Shown: positions 23,650-37,230 of the stretch, piece after piece
How positions within the stretch are numbered: position 1 is the stretch's first letter
Layout of the letters: every line of letters starts with the position of its first letter
Assembly (NCBI RefSeq): GCF_001194135.2
Contig: NC_068987.1
Location: forward strand, 59,680,211 to 59,734,135
Reading direction: 5' to 3'
Length of the DNA: 53,925 bases
DNA from: Octopus bimaculoides
Taxonomy: Eukaryota
Notes under the pieces: model-generated
Seen by the model: only the letters and a program-made list of their open reading frames with translations
The model's database searches: none
What the model was told of the DNA's origin: nothing
Translations under genes and position numbers: made by a program

Positions 23650-26260
23650 TTTCATTTGATAATTCTAATCTTGACAATGAAGCAGTACATTTACATCAGT
23701 ACCATCTCCGGCAGTCTCACAACTTCATCTTCCATCTCCCTCAACCCTCAGACTGCACTTTACGCTTTTACAAATTTGCGTCCTCCAAAATCCATTGCCT
23801 CATCTTTTCCTACTCCCTCAGTCACTTCCTTCTGCTACCAGCCTCACTCCCCGCATCCTGCGCTTCACCAGCATCCCCGGCATACCCGCACACTCACCAC
23901 ATACTTATCCATTCAAATACACACACCTGGCAACCTTGATCGCTCCATCATCTCAGCCAGTAATTGCTCCACAGAACTCATATTAAAATTCCTCCATCTT
24001 ATCCTTTCATCGCTAGTAGCTTCCCTCCAATTCTACATGTTTGACACCGACTATACCCTCTCCCTCTTCAATCAAGTAACTCTTTCACCTTCCGCGGCCC
24101 CTTCCGACTTTTATTCCTCTCAGATATTAAGTATCAATATACCATCACCCAACCCAATGATGGCCTTCTCGCTTCACAACATTTTCTCGATGTTTTATTA
24201 TCCCCCAACCTAGTAGTTTCACTCTACCTCAATTCGCCAAGCTGTCCTCGTTCTTAATTGTTACTTGTTTGCGGGAGACTTTTACCAGCAGATCTATGGA
24301 GTGAATATAAACTCCAGCAAGGCCTCCAAACTACGTTGAAGCCTGTATGTTCTCATTGACCAGCGATCTCACCACCGAACGATACGGTCATTACATATAC
24401 ACCACCTTCTCTCCCGTGAACAACTCAACACCATTTCTTTCATCGACTAGTTTTACTCTTCTTAGAATTCACCGTCTTTATTTCTTTCTCGGTATATCTG
24501 TTATCAGCACCTTATCTTTTATAAGCCCACCTGCTCCTACATCTAATTTGACTTTATCTTTTCATAACTCACCCGTATCATAACTTTTCCACTAACTCTC
24601 AATTGCTCTACCTTTGCCATCTCTGTATTCACAATCATTGTTTAGGTTGTTTAGAGACACAGACTCAATACACGCCCATCATTTTTCTCGATGCAGATAC
24701 ACCAACTTTAGTCTAAAATACCTTCACACGCACCCGTTAAATCTATTGAAATACCGTCCTCTCCGCTTTGTCTGTCCCACTAACAACTACCTTCCTTCTC
24801 TTTTTATATATCAACCCATAGTACTATCCTACATATACTCCGAATCATTTCCAATCCAACCCCCTTACTGTTTACATCTTCCACAAATCACTCTCTCTTC
24901 CTTTAATAACAGCCGTAAGTCTCGTGAGTCCGTAGCTTTTTTTCATATATCTAACACCCAACCTTCCCTTCGTTGTTTCAGACCAAATCTGCCTTTTCCT
25001 CTCAACATCCCACTTCTCTCAGGACTAACTCTCACGCTTTCCATATAACTGGTTCCTTCACTTGCCTCCCTGTCATTCTTATTTACTGCTTAAAATGTGG
25101 ACATTCACCCTAGTATTGGCTCTATCATTCCATATTATTTCCATTCTCCAACACGAATACAGACTCATTTTCACTCCTCAAACGTGTACCCAGATATACA
25201 TACAGCCATACACATGCGGTTGTTGTGGGCTTAGCTGCTGTTATTGGTGTTGGTAGTATGATCATAGTGGTTGTAGTTGGTTAGTTGGCAGCGTTTCGGT
25301 CGTCCCGTGGAACATTCCTACTTTAACATTAGGTAGGCTTTTGCTTCTATTCTCTTCTTCTTTTGACAACAAAGATCCTTTTTACAGGCTAATTTCGACC
25401 TCTTTGTACGACTAGATCTTGGTGTAGTCGGAAAGGCCTAAATCTTTGTGATCGGTATCTTTGCTGTGATTATTGTTGCGGCGGTTGCTGCTGCTAATTT
25501 TGCTACTTCTCTTATTCCGGCAGTTGTGGCTGTTGTCATTGATGAGGTAATTGTAGAGTCTATAAGAGTGCCAAATTTCTTACGTTTCCCTTCTGCTGTG
25601 AACAGAAGTCTCTGAGATAGTTGATGGGATCACTTATGTTAAACCTGGGCATTCTACCTTCCGCTATAGCAAACAGCTGGGAGTCCTTTGGCAACTGTAT
25701 TAGGATGGTAGTGCTCTCGAGTTGCTTCTGGTCTCTTATTCCCGACAATTTCTCCTTGTGTAATTTGTGAATCTACAGGATGCTCGCTTTTGTTACTTTA
25801 TTGGTTAGGATGGTTACAAACAACCAACAGATATCCATTTTCATTGGGACATCTATAAACTTCACTCTCTTCTACAATCACCGGAAATAAACTCTCTACT
25901 CTTGAGCAAAGCAGAGGAAGCGGTTCTACATCTCATCTTCAAAGAGATTTCTTACATCAACCATTCCATAGGAACTGGCGTAAGCTAAATGGGTCGTTCC
26001 AGATTGCCCCCTGTTACTTTTCTGCTCTGGCCTACATCTGCCTTTTTTATGCACTGACATTTTATGTTTATGCGTTTGTGAATTCCCACTACATTTCATC
26101 TGTTTGTGTTTTGCGTCATCTCCAGTGTCGCGACCAAAGCAGCTCTTCTGCTTTTCCTTCGTGCGAATCTTCAGATCTATCTCAAACTTTCTCTCCGTAT
26201 TTCATATTTTCCTTTAACCCTTGCTACCTTTGTGAAAGAGGTCATTACGTTATTGTTGCT
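23650..26260 (-). mobile_element. heavily decayed LINE (L1/Tx1-like): ORF1 remnant plus purine-rich ORF2-like region
   Basis: Minus-strand peptides SFTKVARVKGKYEIRR, RVKFIDVPMKMDI and QLPKDSQLFAIAEGRMPRFNISDPINYLRDFC parallel ORF1 at 45157-45607. There is strong C/T skew on the plus strand over 23650-25250. ORF2 motifs are only faintly visible. Confidence 0.45.
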
Positions 26261-27067
26261 ATTATACGTAAGTCTTCTTCTGACTGTTGTAGTGGAAGTA
26301 GCGATCATAATGGTGCTGTTAGTGACGATGGTATTGTGTTAAGACATAGGAAACTTACCGATGCTCTTGTTGTATAGCTTCCATCATAGTTCCTGAATGG
26401 TTTAGTGTTGTTAATATTTTTTTCCTTTATTCACTTTCGGCATTGTTGTTGCTGTTGTCAGTGTCGTTTTTCCTCATGACTAACAGAGTTGGCAAGTCAT
26501 TGTCGATAAGATTAAACATAATAGAAATTCTTGTTGTTTGTCTTATTACTCTCTGCCATTGTTGCTACTACCATTACCACTTGGCATATTATTTTACTGA
26601 TATCTGTATTATTATTGTTACTAATGATTTTATTGTTGGGAATCATATTGTTGTTATGCCTCTCCAACAAAAATCGGCAAAAACTACTTTCTCGTTTTGG
26701 TTTGCAAAGCTTTCAAAGCAAATGACTGATTCGGCGCCATTGCCAACGTGTCAGTCTTCCACCACTTCTTTTCATCTTGAAACATTTTTCTTCAACATGC
26801 TTTGTTGTTTTCTAGAACTAACGACAGAAAACAGCAGTAAATCTTTAATTAAGGGAATTACTAAGTGCTACTCTTTCACTCTCCAGAGATTACCTTGAAC
26901 ACAATTAAGACAGAATTTCAAACTTTCGCCAGATAAATGCGACAATATTTATTGTCAGAGCAACGAGTTGCGAAAATAACAACGCTGACGACGGCGATGA
27001 CAACAGCATTAACAGCAACGACAACAATATGATAACAATAATAATAAATCAATATGGTAAAAAAAAA

Positions 27068-27359
27068 AAACTGGCCCTCCGTCGGTTACGACGACGAGAG
27101 TTCTAATTGATCCAATCAACGGAACAGCTTGCTCGTGAAATTAACGTGCATGTGACTGAACACTCCACAGACACGTGTACCCTTAACATAGTTCTTAGGG
27201 AAATTCAGCTGGCCCTTTAAAATACGGGTACTACTCACTGTTGTCAGCTGAGTGTACTGGAACAACGTGGAATAAAGTGTCTTGCGCAAGGAAACAACGT
27301 GTCGCCGGGAATTGAACTCACGACCTTGCGATCGTAACCACTAAGCCACACACCTTCAC
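27068..27359 (-). mobile_element. tRNA-derived CORE-like SINE, family C
   Basis: Minus-strand head tggcttagtgg (A-box-like)...gagttcaattcc (B-box), followed by ccttgcgcaagacactttattccacgttgttccagtacactcagctg. Confidence 0.8.
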
Positions 27360-28249
27360 ACTAATAAACCAATAACGATAATTAAAAAGTAATGTAGGAG
27401 GACAACTGTAGTAGGTATAACATTCCTTTATCATTTCCTCATATAATTAATATGTATTACAAATGTTCATATAAGTCAACGATCTAATACTACATTTAAA
27501 GACAGTATAGAGGTGTGGTTCATATAAGTACCCAACAATTTCTATTCCTCCCCTCAATAAATGTTAAACAATGAAAATAAAAATTGCATCATTCAGCCGG
27601 AGGGTATGAGGTGAAGGCACACTTTTAATCTGATGTATAAAAAGACGAAACACGAAGCGCAGAAAAGTCGATATCATCTGCAGCAAATTAAACCGGTACA
27701 CAACTAAAATGACAATATACATAAAGAACTGCACTTCACTCTTCAAGACTCGCAAATAAACTGGAGAAATGGTATGAGAGAAATATGTTTCTACTCTTTA
27801 TACGTATTTTATAGCGTCGGTCATTCCCTCCTCATCAGAAACAAAACGAAACTACGATAATATACTCCTATAAATTTTGATGGAATATGAACTGGAAATA
27901 GATGTAACATTGAACCCCAAATGATAAGCTAACACAAATAGATATATATTCTCAAGAGCAAAAGGAATTAAAAATCGAAATAGAACAACGAATAGAAAGA
28001 ATGTAAAATAAACAACAAAATTTCAAAGTTACGTCTTACATTATGTAACATGAACGGAATTTTAGATAGGATATTCAAACGGCGGAAATCACAAATAAGA
28101 AAGTCTAAAGATAGAAACAATTTCATGATTAATAATAAATGATCTCCTTATCGACTCACAAGAATAAAAAATAGAAAAAAAATGGGAAAAGAGGAAGATG
28201 CAAAGATGGCCAAACGTAAATTTAATAAAATAGACACATATATAATTAA

Positions 28250-28560
28250 CACCAGGGCAAACGAAAACTATATATGCAACTACGGTTACAATGGTAATTT
28301 GTTACTTTCTCATATTTTAAACATCTGGGAATATCTTCCTATATCCTGTAAATCCATAATTGCAATAATATTGCAGAGAATAAATATACATCTAGAAAAC
28401 AAATATTTTTTTCAGATAAGCAAACGGGCTACTACAAAGCTACACCAAAGACTATAGGAGAAAGAAGGGTTTAAGTATGGTATAAATGGACTATCGGAAG
28501 GCTTTGACAGTGTTCCCCACGCTTTAGCCTTGAGAAATGTAGCACCAATAATACAAAAGC
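28250..28560 (+). mobile_element. R4/Dong-clade RT fragment
   Basis: YLPISCKSIIAIILQRINIHLENK followed by KDYRRKKGLSMV*MDYRK(fs)FDSVPH, equivalent to the RT domain motif LSMAWIDYRKAFDSVPH. Confidence 0.8.
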
Positions 28561-28940
28561 ATATTACATTTGTCACACGTAAATAGCAAACAATTCTGTA
28601 GACAATCTATCTCTAGTTGAAGATTATTCCAACGAACTCCCCCTCTCTACTGCTTTTCTGCCAGTGATAACCTTACATATTAAATCAGGCAGAACTCAGA
28701 AACAAATGTTATCGTAGGACAATCAACCATTTGTTGTTTGTAGATGAATTTCTAGTTGTTTATCATCCACAGTGTACACTAGAGATATTGATGCCCGCAG
28801 TATATGGATTTACTTGAGGAGTCGATAGCTGATTCAGATAAGAGAAGCAAATGCACCAAAGTAAACTTTGCTTAAGAATCAACGTAGCAAATAACGAAAC
28901 ACACACACAAACACATACACACGCAAACACACACATACGC

Positions 28941-28972
<32 letters not shown>

Positions 28973-29860
28973 TTCGTCGCGCGCACACAAAGAAATCAAA
29001 GTAAAGCTAAGCAAGAAATATTATACAGGAATTAGATTAATACTTAAAACAAAGCTAAATGCAAAAGCGTAAAGTATACAACTTCTTTAGCATCCTAGTT
29101 TTAAGTCGCACCTATATTCTAAACGGGACGTTAAGTTAACTCAAGATTACACAGAGAAACAATAAATAGTGGCTGTATTTAGAACACACCAAACAAAACC
29201 TGATATAAAATTATATTTACCAGAGGATGTTGAATATCTTTCACGATAATAAGCAACAAAGTATCAAAACTTATAATGTGCAGAAAGAGAACCTTTGAGA
29301 CCTCTAACAATAGGCTACTGTCTGCTCTCACCGAATCTACTAAAATAAACAAGACCGAGCGTTCTGAGAAGTAAAACGATAATACACATTTTAGTTTTAG
29401 CGTTTAATATATGCGATATTTTTTAAAGAAGTGAAATATACTGGATAGCAAGGAATTTATTACATGAAAACAAAGGTATTTAAGAAATTTCATGTTTTCC
29501 TTTTAAAAGCATGGATGACAGCCAAAGACTACTGGGAAAATACTTTCCAAAGAAAATAGACTTTGACTTGCAGATTAAAAGACAGAAAAACTGAGCAACA
29601 AGAATATTATCTCTTTAATGTATTTAAATTTAATTCTGATAAAATTTAAAAGAGAATATGCAGAAGATTACCAATGTATTTAATTGCTTTTACAGCTTGA
29701 AATAACGAGCAACAATCCGATTAGCTGTCTGATAATGTTCTTACGCCCATGAGGTGCCAGATGGAAGGATTCGACAAGTACAGAAAGAGAAAAACTAAAC
29801 AGATTAGCAAAAGAGCCAATGAAATAGCATTTATCCAAGTCAATAATGGCGCCTTTAGAG

Positions 29861-30007
29861 CCGGTGTGGATAACCTTTTTCAAGAAGCTGGCCGCATGAA
29901 ATATAATACGTCATCGGGCCGGTCACACTCCTAATAAAATACTTGGAAATTTTTCGTTAGGTGTGCCATTTAGAAAGCCCCGCGAGCCATGGGTTGCACA
30001 TGATCTG
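29861..30007. mobile_element. possible degenerate hAT-type MITE
   Basis: Ends ccggtgtggataaccttttt...ggccgcatg and gccccgcgagccatgggttgcacatgatctg resemble cagggg..caacc / gggccg..ggttg hAT termini. TIR and TSD matches are poor. Confidence 0.35.
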
Positions 30008-31096
30008 TTGTAGAGGGTTACTAAACAAAACAATAATAATTGCTAACTCTCTATTAATTCACACTTGTTGCCCGTATTTTATAGTCATTACAACGACGAA
30101 AGACGATATCATCTTTGGTAGATTTGAACACGAGGAATGGAGGAAAGAAACTTAATGTTTTCGTACCTGATGTTTAGAACTCAATTCTTTCTTCCGGCGC
30201 ATTATTCTTGAATGAAGAATGCCTCTCAGTTGAACTCAGAGCGTAGGCGTTTAGTTTGGCGTGCTACTGTTTCTGAACATTAGTATTATTTAATCCTAAT
30301 TCAAGATACTAAGAATAAATAAATAGCACATTATCATATGTTATCATTTGTCACAAATCTTCAAACCTATCAAAAGCAAAAAAAAATCGTTTCATACCTA
30401 TATCTTTCTAGTAGTGATAAATAGAAGTTAATTAGTTTACTAAAAAATACGGCTTTCACAAACAACGTCAGAAATAAAGATTTCTTACTGAAGTACTAGA
30501 CCACAAATTTATCGGAAAATGTTGTGTAGACTTGTTAGTAAATTTAGCAACATTATTAAAATAGTTCTAACCATATAACACGAGAAAATTATCTTTTGTT
30601 TTCCTGTGATAACCACGCAATGACATGAAAGCTAGGAATCTTTTTCTTTTGCACCCGAGGAGCCTACATCGTGTAAAGCATACATTCATTGTATGTATTA
30701 TGCATTTTATATGGAAGAATTTTAAGATTTTAAGAATTATATTCTATGCATATGAAGATTAAATTTTTGTAAGAAAACTAAAAAGTTTCTTGTGTAAGAA
30801 TATTATTGATCTTTGTGAGTCTTTTCTCAATATAATGACTTCGTTTGTGTGCGTGATGAAATACTGCAAGCAAAGTTTTTATCAATGATCTAGATAATTT
30901 TAGTTGAATGAGTAAGCATCTTAATTGTTTTGTTTTTGCTTTTTGCTTTTTTGGCAGGGGATTATGTAGAATGCCAAATTTTATAGAAAAAGGAATATAA
31001 CAGATATAACCAATCTCAATATAATATTGGCACATATTTTATTGATCTTCGATGGCTGAAAGAAACAATCGACATTTGTATGATTCAAAGTAAAGA

Positions 31097-31139
<43 letters not shown>

Positions 31140-31734
31140 GCGATATGTTACTCAGAGACGATACTTTAAGAATGTCGATATATTCAATCTGGAACTATCG
31201 CTTTTCTATCAAATTATCTCTCTAGATATCACAAATTTTAAAAAACTCTTGAACGGTTACATATGTCCTTGGTTTGCTAACACATTAGATCGCTATTTGA
31301 ATTCCTGTTAATTCGGTACTTTCAGTTAGTTCGGTACTTCTCTGATATTACCCACAGCGTAGATAGTAGGTGTTCAATGCATTGCGTAAGCTAGTTCCTT
31401 CTCCAGCTTCATACACAATATAGACAAGCGTATTGCAGACCAAAGAGTAGTAAAGACCAATTCTTTGCACAAACAAATGCATTATACAAACCGTTGCATT
31501 TCTTAAAACAGGGTATGCCGTATTCCATAGCAGTGCACTGAGATGGCCAATTTATTGCATATAGTAGATAACTGATAACAAAATACTGGATTAAGAGTTT
31601 CATACACGACTCATAATATCGTATTTTCATGAGCTGGCTAAGTTACTGCTTACATTTCAAGCTTAACCGATGTAGCAGCCAACTCTATTAAAACTGATTC
31701 ACAGACAAAAAGCATGAAATCTAACGAGCGTGTA

Positions 31735-31900
31735 TAGCCGATTGACCCTTACTACCTAACTTGTATGTATTTTATCGATCCTGCAGGGTACATAAAGAAG
31801 TCGACATCTGAATCAATCTCGGGTTTTAAAAACATGCAACTAAACACCCCAAGGCATTTCGGTCATCATTCTGCTGCTTTTGTCAGTCCAGCGCACTTCT
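31735..31900 (-). mobile_element. old SINE family A copy, reverse orientation
   Basis: attgacccttactac...tattttatcgatcctgcagg...aagtcgac...gcatttcgg is the degenerate reverse complement of family A. Confidence 0.5.
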
Positions 31901-32872
31901 ATATAAATTCAGAGCTTCTAGTCTGAAAGATTACGACAGTGGGTTCCACGTTGAAGATGACACGACAACAATAAGAAGTTTAGGAAATGCTACGATCGCA
32001 AGTACTGAGTGATTTTGCATGTGAAATACTTCTAGGTTTTCATTTTGTGATTTCTGGATGTATCTATGCTCAAGGAGAGTTAACTAAACTATTCAACGAA
32101 ACATCAAAATACTTCTCTGCTTTCTTCTCGTCTTCGTCAACAGTAAATGCACAACGGATACATTATTCACTATACTTGTTTTTGTTTTCAATGCAAAGGA
32201 GTATCTTCTACACAAATATATCAGTTGATTAGAAATCACTTCAAGTAATAACAAAAAACGTACTCAACTTCATTCTATCTAGTAATGCAGAAAATATAAG
32301 TGGGAATCTTTTGATAGCACCTTGAATGTTATAATTAATTTAGGACAAGTAAGAAAAGCAGTGAGAGATATCGTCGTTTAATGTCTTTAACCTTTTGTAG
32401 CTCTGAGCTATAAACAAAGAAATTTTAGAAGTTCAAAGTAGAGAGCTTCAAATGATAGAAGCGACGTTTCGATGCTAGTTTCCTGTGCAGTATCAATAAC
32501 GTTGACAATTAGGCAACCACTCTACCTAGCTATCATTAAAAATTGCAAGTGGTTGAGCTAAAGTCTGTGAACAACGGGGAAATGCTTCGGCAGCTTATAC
32601 TAAAAATCTCAGTATATTCCACTAATAAATTTGAAGACAGTTGGGATTTATGTTATACATGTATAATAATGAGGTTGTAAATAGCGACTTCAGCAATTCT
32701 GTAGGTTTTGTTATTTAGTAGACTTATTGTGGCTTGCTTTCAATTTAAATATTTTGCATAACAATACATGATTTGGTGAAATAATGCAGAAAATTTGTCA
32801 GTAGAAAGATTGGAAATATCTTTTGTTAACATCATAAATTCTAAGTAAGATTACAATCTAAATAGTTTGAAA

Positions 32873-33227
32873 TCCGCCGAGGTCGACTTTGTCTTTCATC
32901 CTTTCGAGGTCGATAAGTTAAGTACCAGTTACGTACTGGGGTCGATCTAATCGACTGGCCCCCTCCCCAAAATTTCGGACCATTTGCTTAGAGTAGAAAA
33001 GAATATTTTAAAGGCGGTGAGCTGGCAGAAAAGTTAGCACGCCGGGCGAAATGCTTAGCGGTATTTCGCCTGTCTTTACGTTCTGAATTCAAATTCCGCC
33101 GAGGTCGACTTTGCCTTTCATCCTTTCGAGGTCGATAAATTAAGTACCAGTTGCGTACTGGGGTCGATCTAATCGACAAGCTCGCCCCCCCCCCCAAGTT
33201 TCGGGCCTTGTGCCTAGAGTAGAAAAG
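32873..33227 (+). mobile_element. SINE family A dimer (5'-truncated monomer plus full monomer) with 18-bp TSD
   Basis: aatctaaatagtttgaaa at 32855-32872 and 33228-33245 bounds both monomers; each monomer ends agagtagaaaagaat. Confidence 0.92.
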
Positions 33228-33770
33228 AATCTAAATAGTTTGAAAAAAAAAGTAGATTTAAAAGTCACTATAAACAACAGCTCATCTCATGCATGAAAGA
33301 AAAGACAGAAAGTCGGATACAAATTGGGAAAATTAACGGAAGGAAATTACTAGGATGAAAAGGAGCGAATGTCATAAATGAAAATAACTACAAAAGAAGA
33401 TGAGATGAGACAATTCTATTTTAATATAAATTTTCATGAATTGTCAGCATCGTCAAAGATATTTAACTATCACTGCACCAAGTAAATCTACTCGCAAATT
33501 GGTAAAGAAACAATCCAGCAACAATATTGTAAATTAGAATGTTTTGTATCAGCGAGATGTCCTTACTTGAATTATACGGCTGCGTGTATAATTTGTAGTT
33601 AGATAGCCTCCCCTACAGTCACACTGTTTGAAAAAACCCTTCATTTATGGTTTTGCCGCTCAATAAGGTACAGAACTCAATCATAATCAAAACCAGTGTA
33701 TCTTCTTTAGTTTGAGACTGTTTTGCATTTCTTCTACATTCTTAGCTACACCCGAATTTACATCAATTTC

Positions 33771-33850
33771 TAATGTTACATGTTACATTTTATATAATGT
33801 TACATTTTACATGATGTTACATTTTACATAATGTTACATTACTGTTACTA
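33771..33850. repeat. short 17-bp minisatellite (aatgttacattttacat), about 3-4 copies
   Basis: Directly visible tandem units. Confidence 0.8.
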
Positions 33851-35335
33851 TTTCCTTGTTCTTCCTGAATATCTTCCATAGTTTCTCATAAAAAAGATTA
33901 TTCAAATGTAAAGACAAACAAACAAAGAGAAAAACAAACAAACGTCATTTATCATAGATACTCAACTATTTCTAACTATTTAGAAAGCTTACTTTACTGT
34001 CACAATTAATTTATTTCATATTATATTTGCAGATCTTTTAATATTTCGCTTATGTAATTGAAGGAATTTTAAGTCATGCTATTGAAATATTTCTCTCAGA
34101 TTTTCACGCAAAGCAAATATCCATTAATGTACTATGTGGTAGTAATATTATGATAATCACTATATAGCATTTATATTATCTTGATATCGATCGCAACGTG
34201 TCTGGTACAAACGTCAGATGGCGTATCATTGGAGAAATATACAAAAACGTTCATTTTTTAATTTGTCAAAAACCTAGAAAGATTTCTATACTTAGTTGTA
34301 TCAGGTTGAAGTAATAACAGAAGCAAGCAATGACTTTTGTTATCTAAATATTAGTGTGAGAAATTTGAATTGAAATATAAAAAAGCGCATTGATAAATTA
34401 TATATAACAGTTTGACTCTTCGGTTATAGTCTCCAAAACATAGTTATTTAATGGTCCTTGGCTTGAATTTGCATTAAAACAATGACGTACAGAAAAATCA
34501 CTACTGTAAGATACAGAACGAACTCAGCATTTTATTATTTTAGCAATGTTTACATAATATCATAATGAAATCCATCAAATTCCCCGGGTACATTCGAGAT
34601 CTTTTTCATTAGAAGTCAATTCAATAGAAAAGAGGAAATAATGTATTTTAGACTTCTAATGGAGGAGTTATGTTACATTTCCATCAGAACTCTTCACCCG
34701 AATAGCAAATAATGTAGAGAAGCTGTGTGATTGAAACATTAAATATTTCTTCGGATCTCGTTTACTTATTTTACATTTTCTTTATTATAAATAAACGCAA
34801 AATCATTCTATTTTAATCGACAAATAAGTTTATTAGCAATCCACATCCAAATAGAATATGCGGTTTTGTGGGCAAATATATTAGAAAAGGAAAAGGAAAT
34901 TCTGAGATATGAGATATTTCATTAAGTTGAAAATCGATGATTAATTTTATGCATGAGTCAAGTGTTAAATGATTTTTATTTTGATGGAAGATAAAAGAAG
35001 TAAATTGTCAATGAGTGGAGTGCAGACAGTTCAGTTTGTTATAAAGCATTAAACATTTATATATATATTTAGATAGTAAAGATGTAAAGATTTGGTTATT
35101 CTGACTGCCTTAGAATATGATTACTGGACTAAGATCTATCTGACAAGTAACATTTGAGGATTATCTAAACTCTAGTTCTAGAATAAAAGTAAATATATTG
35201 CATGAAATGTACCGAGTAAAATAGGAAAGCTTTCATTAGAGAGAAACAAACCAGTATAAATTAAGTACTTATTCCAAAACAATTCTCAGCATAACCTAAA
35301 ATAGTCAAGAGAGTATAATGAATCACACTGACTGA

Positions 35336-35371
<36 letters not shown>

Positions 35372-35602
35372 NNNNNNNNNNTATATATACACATATTAAG
35401 AAAATCTAATGAAACGAAACTTCATAAGTAATGACAAAGCTGTTGCAAAAGTCTGGTACAGTTGAAAACAATTCCATGGGCAATGATTTTAAATTTCCCC
35501 AGATATTGAATATCCCTTGTGCAGTATTTTTTCTTTCTAAAATTGTATAATTAGATTATATAATTATTATTAATAAACATGCACTTATTGAAAACACGAA
35601 AT

Positions 35603-35820
35603 AAAGGCGACGAGCTATCAAAATCGTTAGCACACTAGGCAAAATGCTAAGCGGCATTTGTAGCAGCTTTGCCTTTCTGGGTTCAAATTCCGCCGAGATG
35701 GACTTTACCTTTCTTCCATTTGGGCTTGACAAAATAAGTACCAGCTGAGCACGGTGGTCGATGTAACCTACTACTTCTCTCCCTCAAAATTTATCAGGCA
35801 TTGTTCTTATAGCAGAAAGA
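35603..35820 (+). mobile_element. SINE family A monomer, diverged
   Basis: aaggcgacgagct...atcgttagcac...gggttcaaattccgccgag...aaaataagtaccag. Confidence 0.8.
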
Positions 35821-37193
35821 AGAAAAAAATTGTAATAGCAATATCTCTATTTTACCAAAAATGTGGTCATTTCTTAGACTTTAAACCGTTTTATAGATGA
35901 CATCTAAGAAATATGATAAGAAAATATGATTACTATGCAGCAATATTTTGCTGTTGGTATTTATGATAGTGTCTGTGCATGTATTAAGATTCTAAATATT
36001 TAAGCCTTGCCTTAATTTTCCCCTTGTGGACAGTGTTGAATTTGTCTTGACAAGATCTCAAATATTAGTGCTTGCATATGTATGTTTGTATGTATGTATG
36101 TATGCATGTATGTATGCATGCAGGAATGTATGTATGTATGTATATAAACATGCGTATGCGTGCTCATGTGTATGTATATGTATTTGAGTGTGTTGTGTAT
36201 ATTTATGCGCGCACACACACGAAAACACTTGCGCACACACCCATATGTAAATGCCACTTAAAAACTAATTTCAAACATTGAATCATGCTCACAGATTCTT
36301 TGGTGGGGGCTCCAGGTGATTAAATTAATCAACATCAATATTTGATTGATGCTATTTTATCAACACTTAAGTAATAAAGTTCTTGTTTCCACTTTGATCG
36401 CAAAGAGATGCAACTGAATATCTCAAATAACACATTCCATTTCTTACATTTTTTTTTATTTCTGCCTACATTTCTGAAACAATTACCCAACTTATGCATC
36501 TAAACTTCGCATTCATACTGTCCTTAAAATACTCAAATAACACTCCAAACTATTTTTGTCTCCTATTCTTCGTGCCTACAGTACTAAAATATCAAAAACT
36601 CTCTTTTCAATTGTTGTCCTTTAAATTCTAGCATACTGTAAATGATAAATGCTGACATTTCCCCAAACTATTATTTCATTCAATACCAATATTTCGACTA
36701 CTAATATTTTGTTTTGATATTCCTTTTATCTCCTTCAATTAAACTGAAGTTTGATAGTCAAAGAATCATTTTAAATGAAAAAGTTATTGAGACTCTTAAC
36801 TTCATACTTATGGATGCACATAAAACGAATTATGTCTCAAGAGATTTAATATGAAAACGTTAGAAAAGGTTGGTTATTCATCATGAATAGAACATTGCGT
36901 TAGCCGTGTGGTACATTGGTAGAAAGGTTAAGGCTTTGGATAAAATAACGCACTGAAATTTGTGCATTAAATGTAGAAGGATATGAATAGATAATATTCG
37001 CCCTTTATCTACCCCAATTTTGCAGTCATTCCTATACGTTCTCCAATTATATGAAACAGGAAAGCAGCACTTACTTGTTCTGTTGACGATTGGGTACAAT
37101 TTACAGATCCAGTGCTAAGAAAACTCATAACTTAATCTGGTTCAAGATACAGTGATTTATTATATGATATATATTGTGACAGTGGGAGTAATA

Positions 37194-37230
37194 AACAAGC
37201 TGGAGTATTTCTTTCATCCTCCAGCTTGTT
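37194..37230. repeat. perfect 12-bp inverted repeat with 13-nt loop
   Basis: aacaagctggag (37194-37205) and ctccagcttgtt (37219-37230). Confidence 0.85.

Noticed and set aside
26078-26898. Hydrophobic, membrane-protein-looking plus-strand ORFs
   Set aside because: Antisense reading of AAC/AAT-rich and LINE-derived sequence; the hydrophobicity comes from TTG/GTT codons.
27300-27359. tRNA-like sequence with A and B boxes (also in other SINE heads)
   Set aside because: No complete cloverleaf, and it is continuous with a SINE body, so it is not called a tRNA gene.
31407-31512. Plus-strand exon candidates (31407-31512 LHTQYRQAYCRPK...; also 10248-10302 and 18172-18251 with VYLFGG)
   Set aside because: Good-looking splice sites but no recognisable protein and no independent support. 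They conflict with the equally unproven minus-strand chain and illustrate the chance rate of such sites.
33771-33850. CRISPR-like or regulatory array in the short tandem repeats (also 39783-39848)
   Set aside because: Contiguous tandem units without unique spacers in eukaryotic DNA; simple slippage products.
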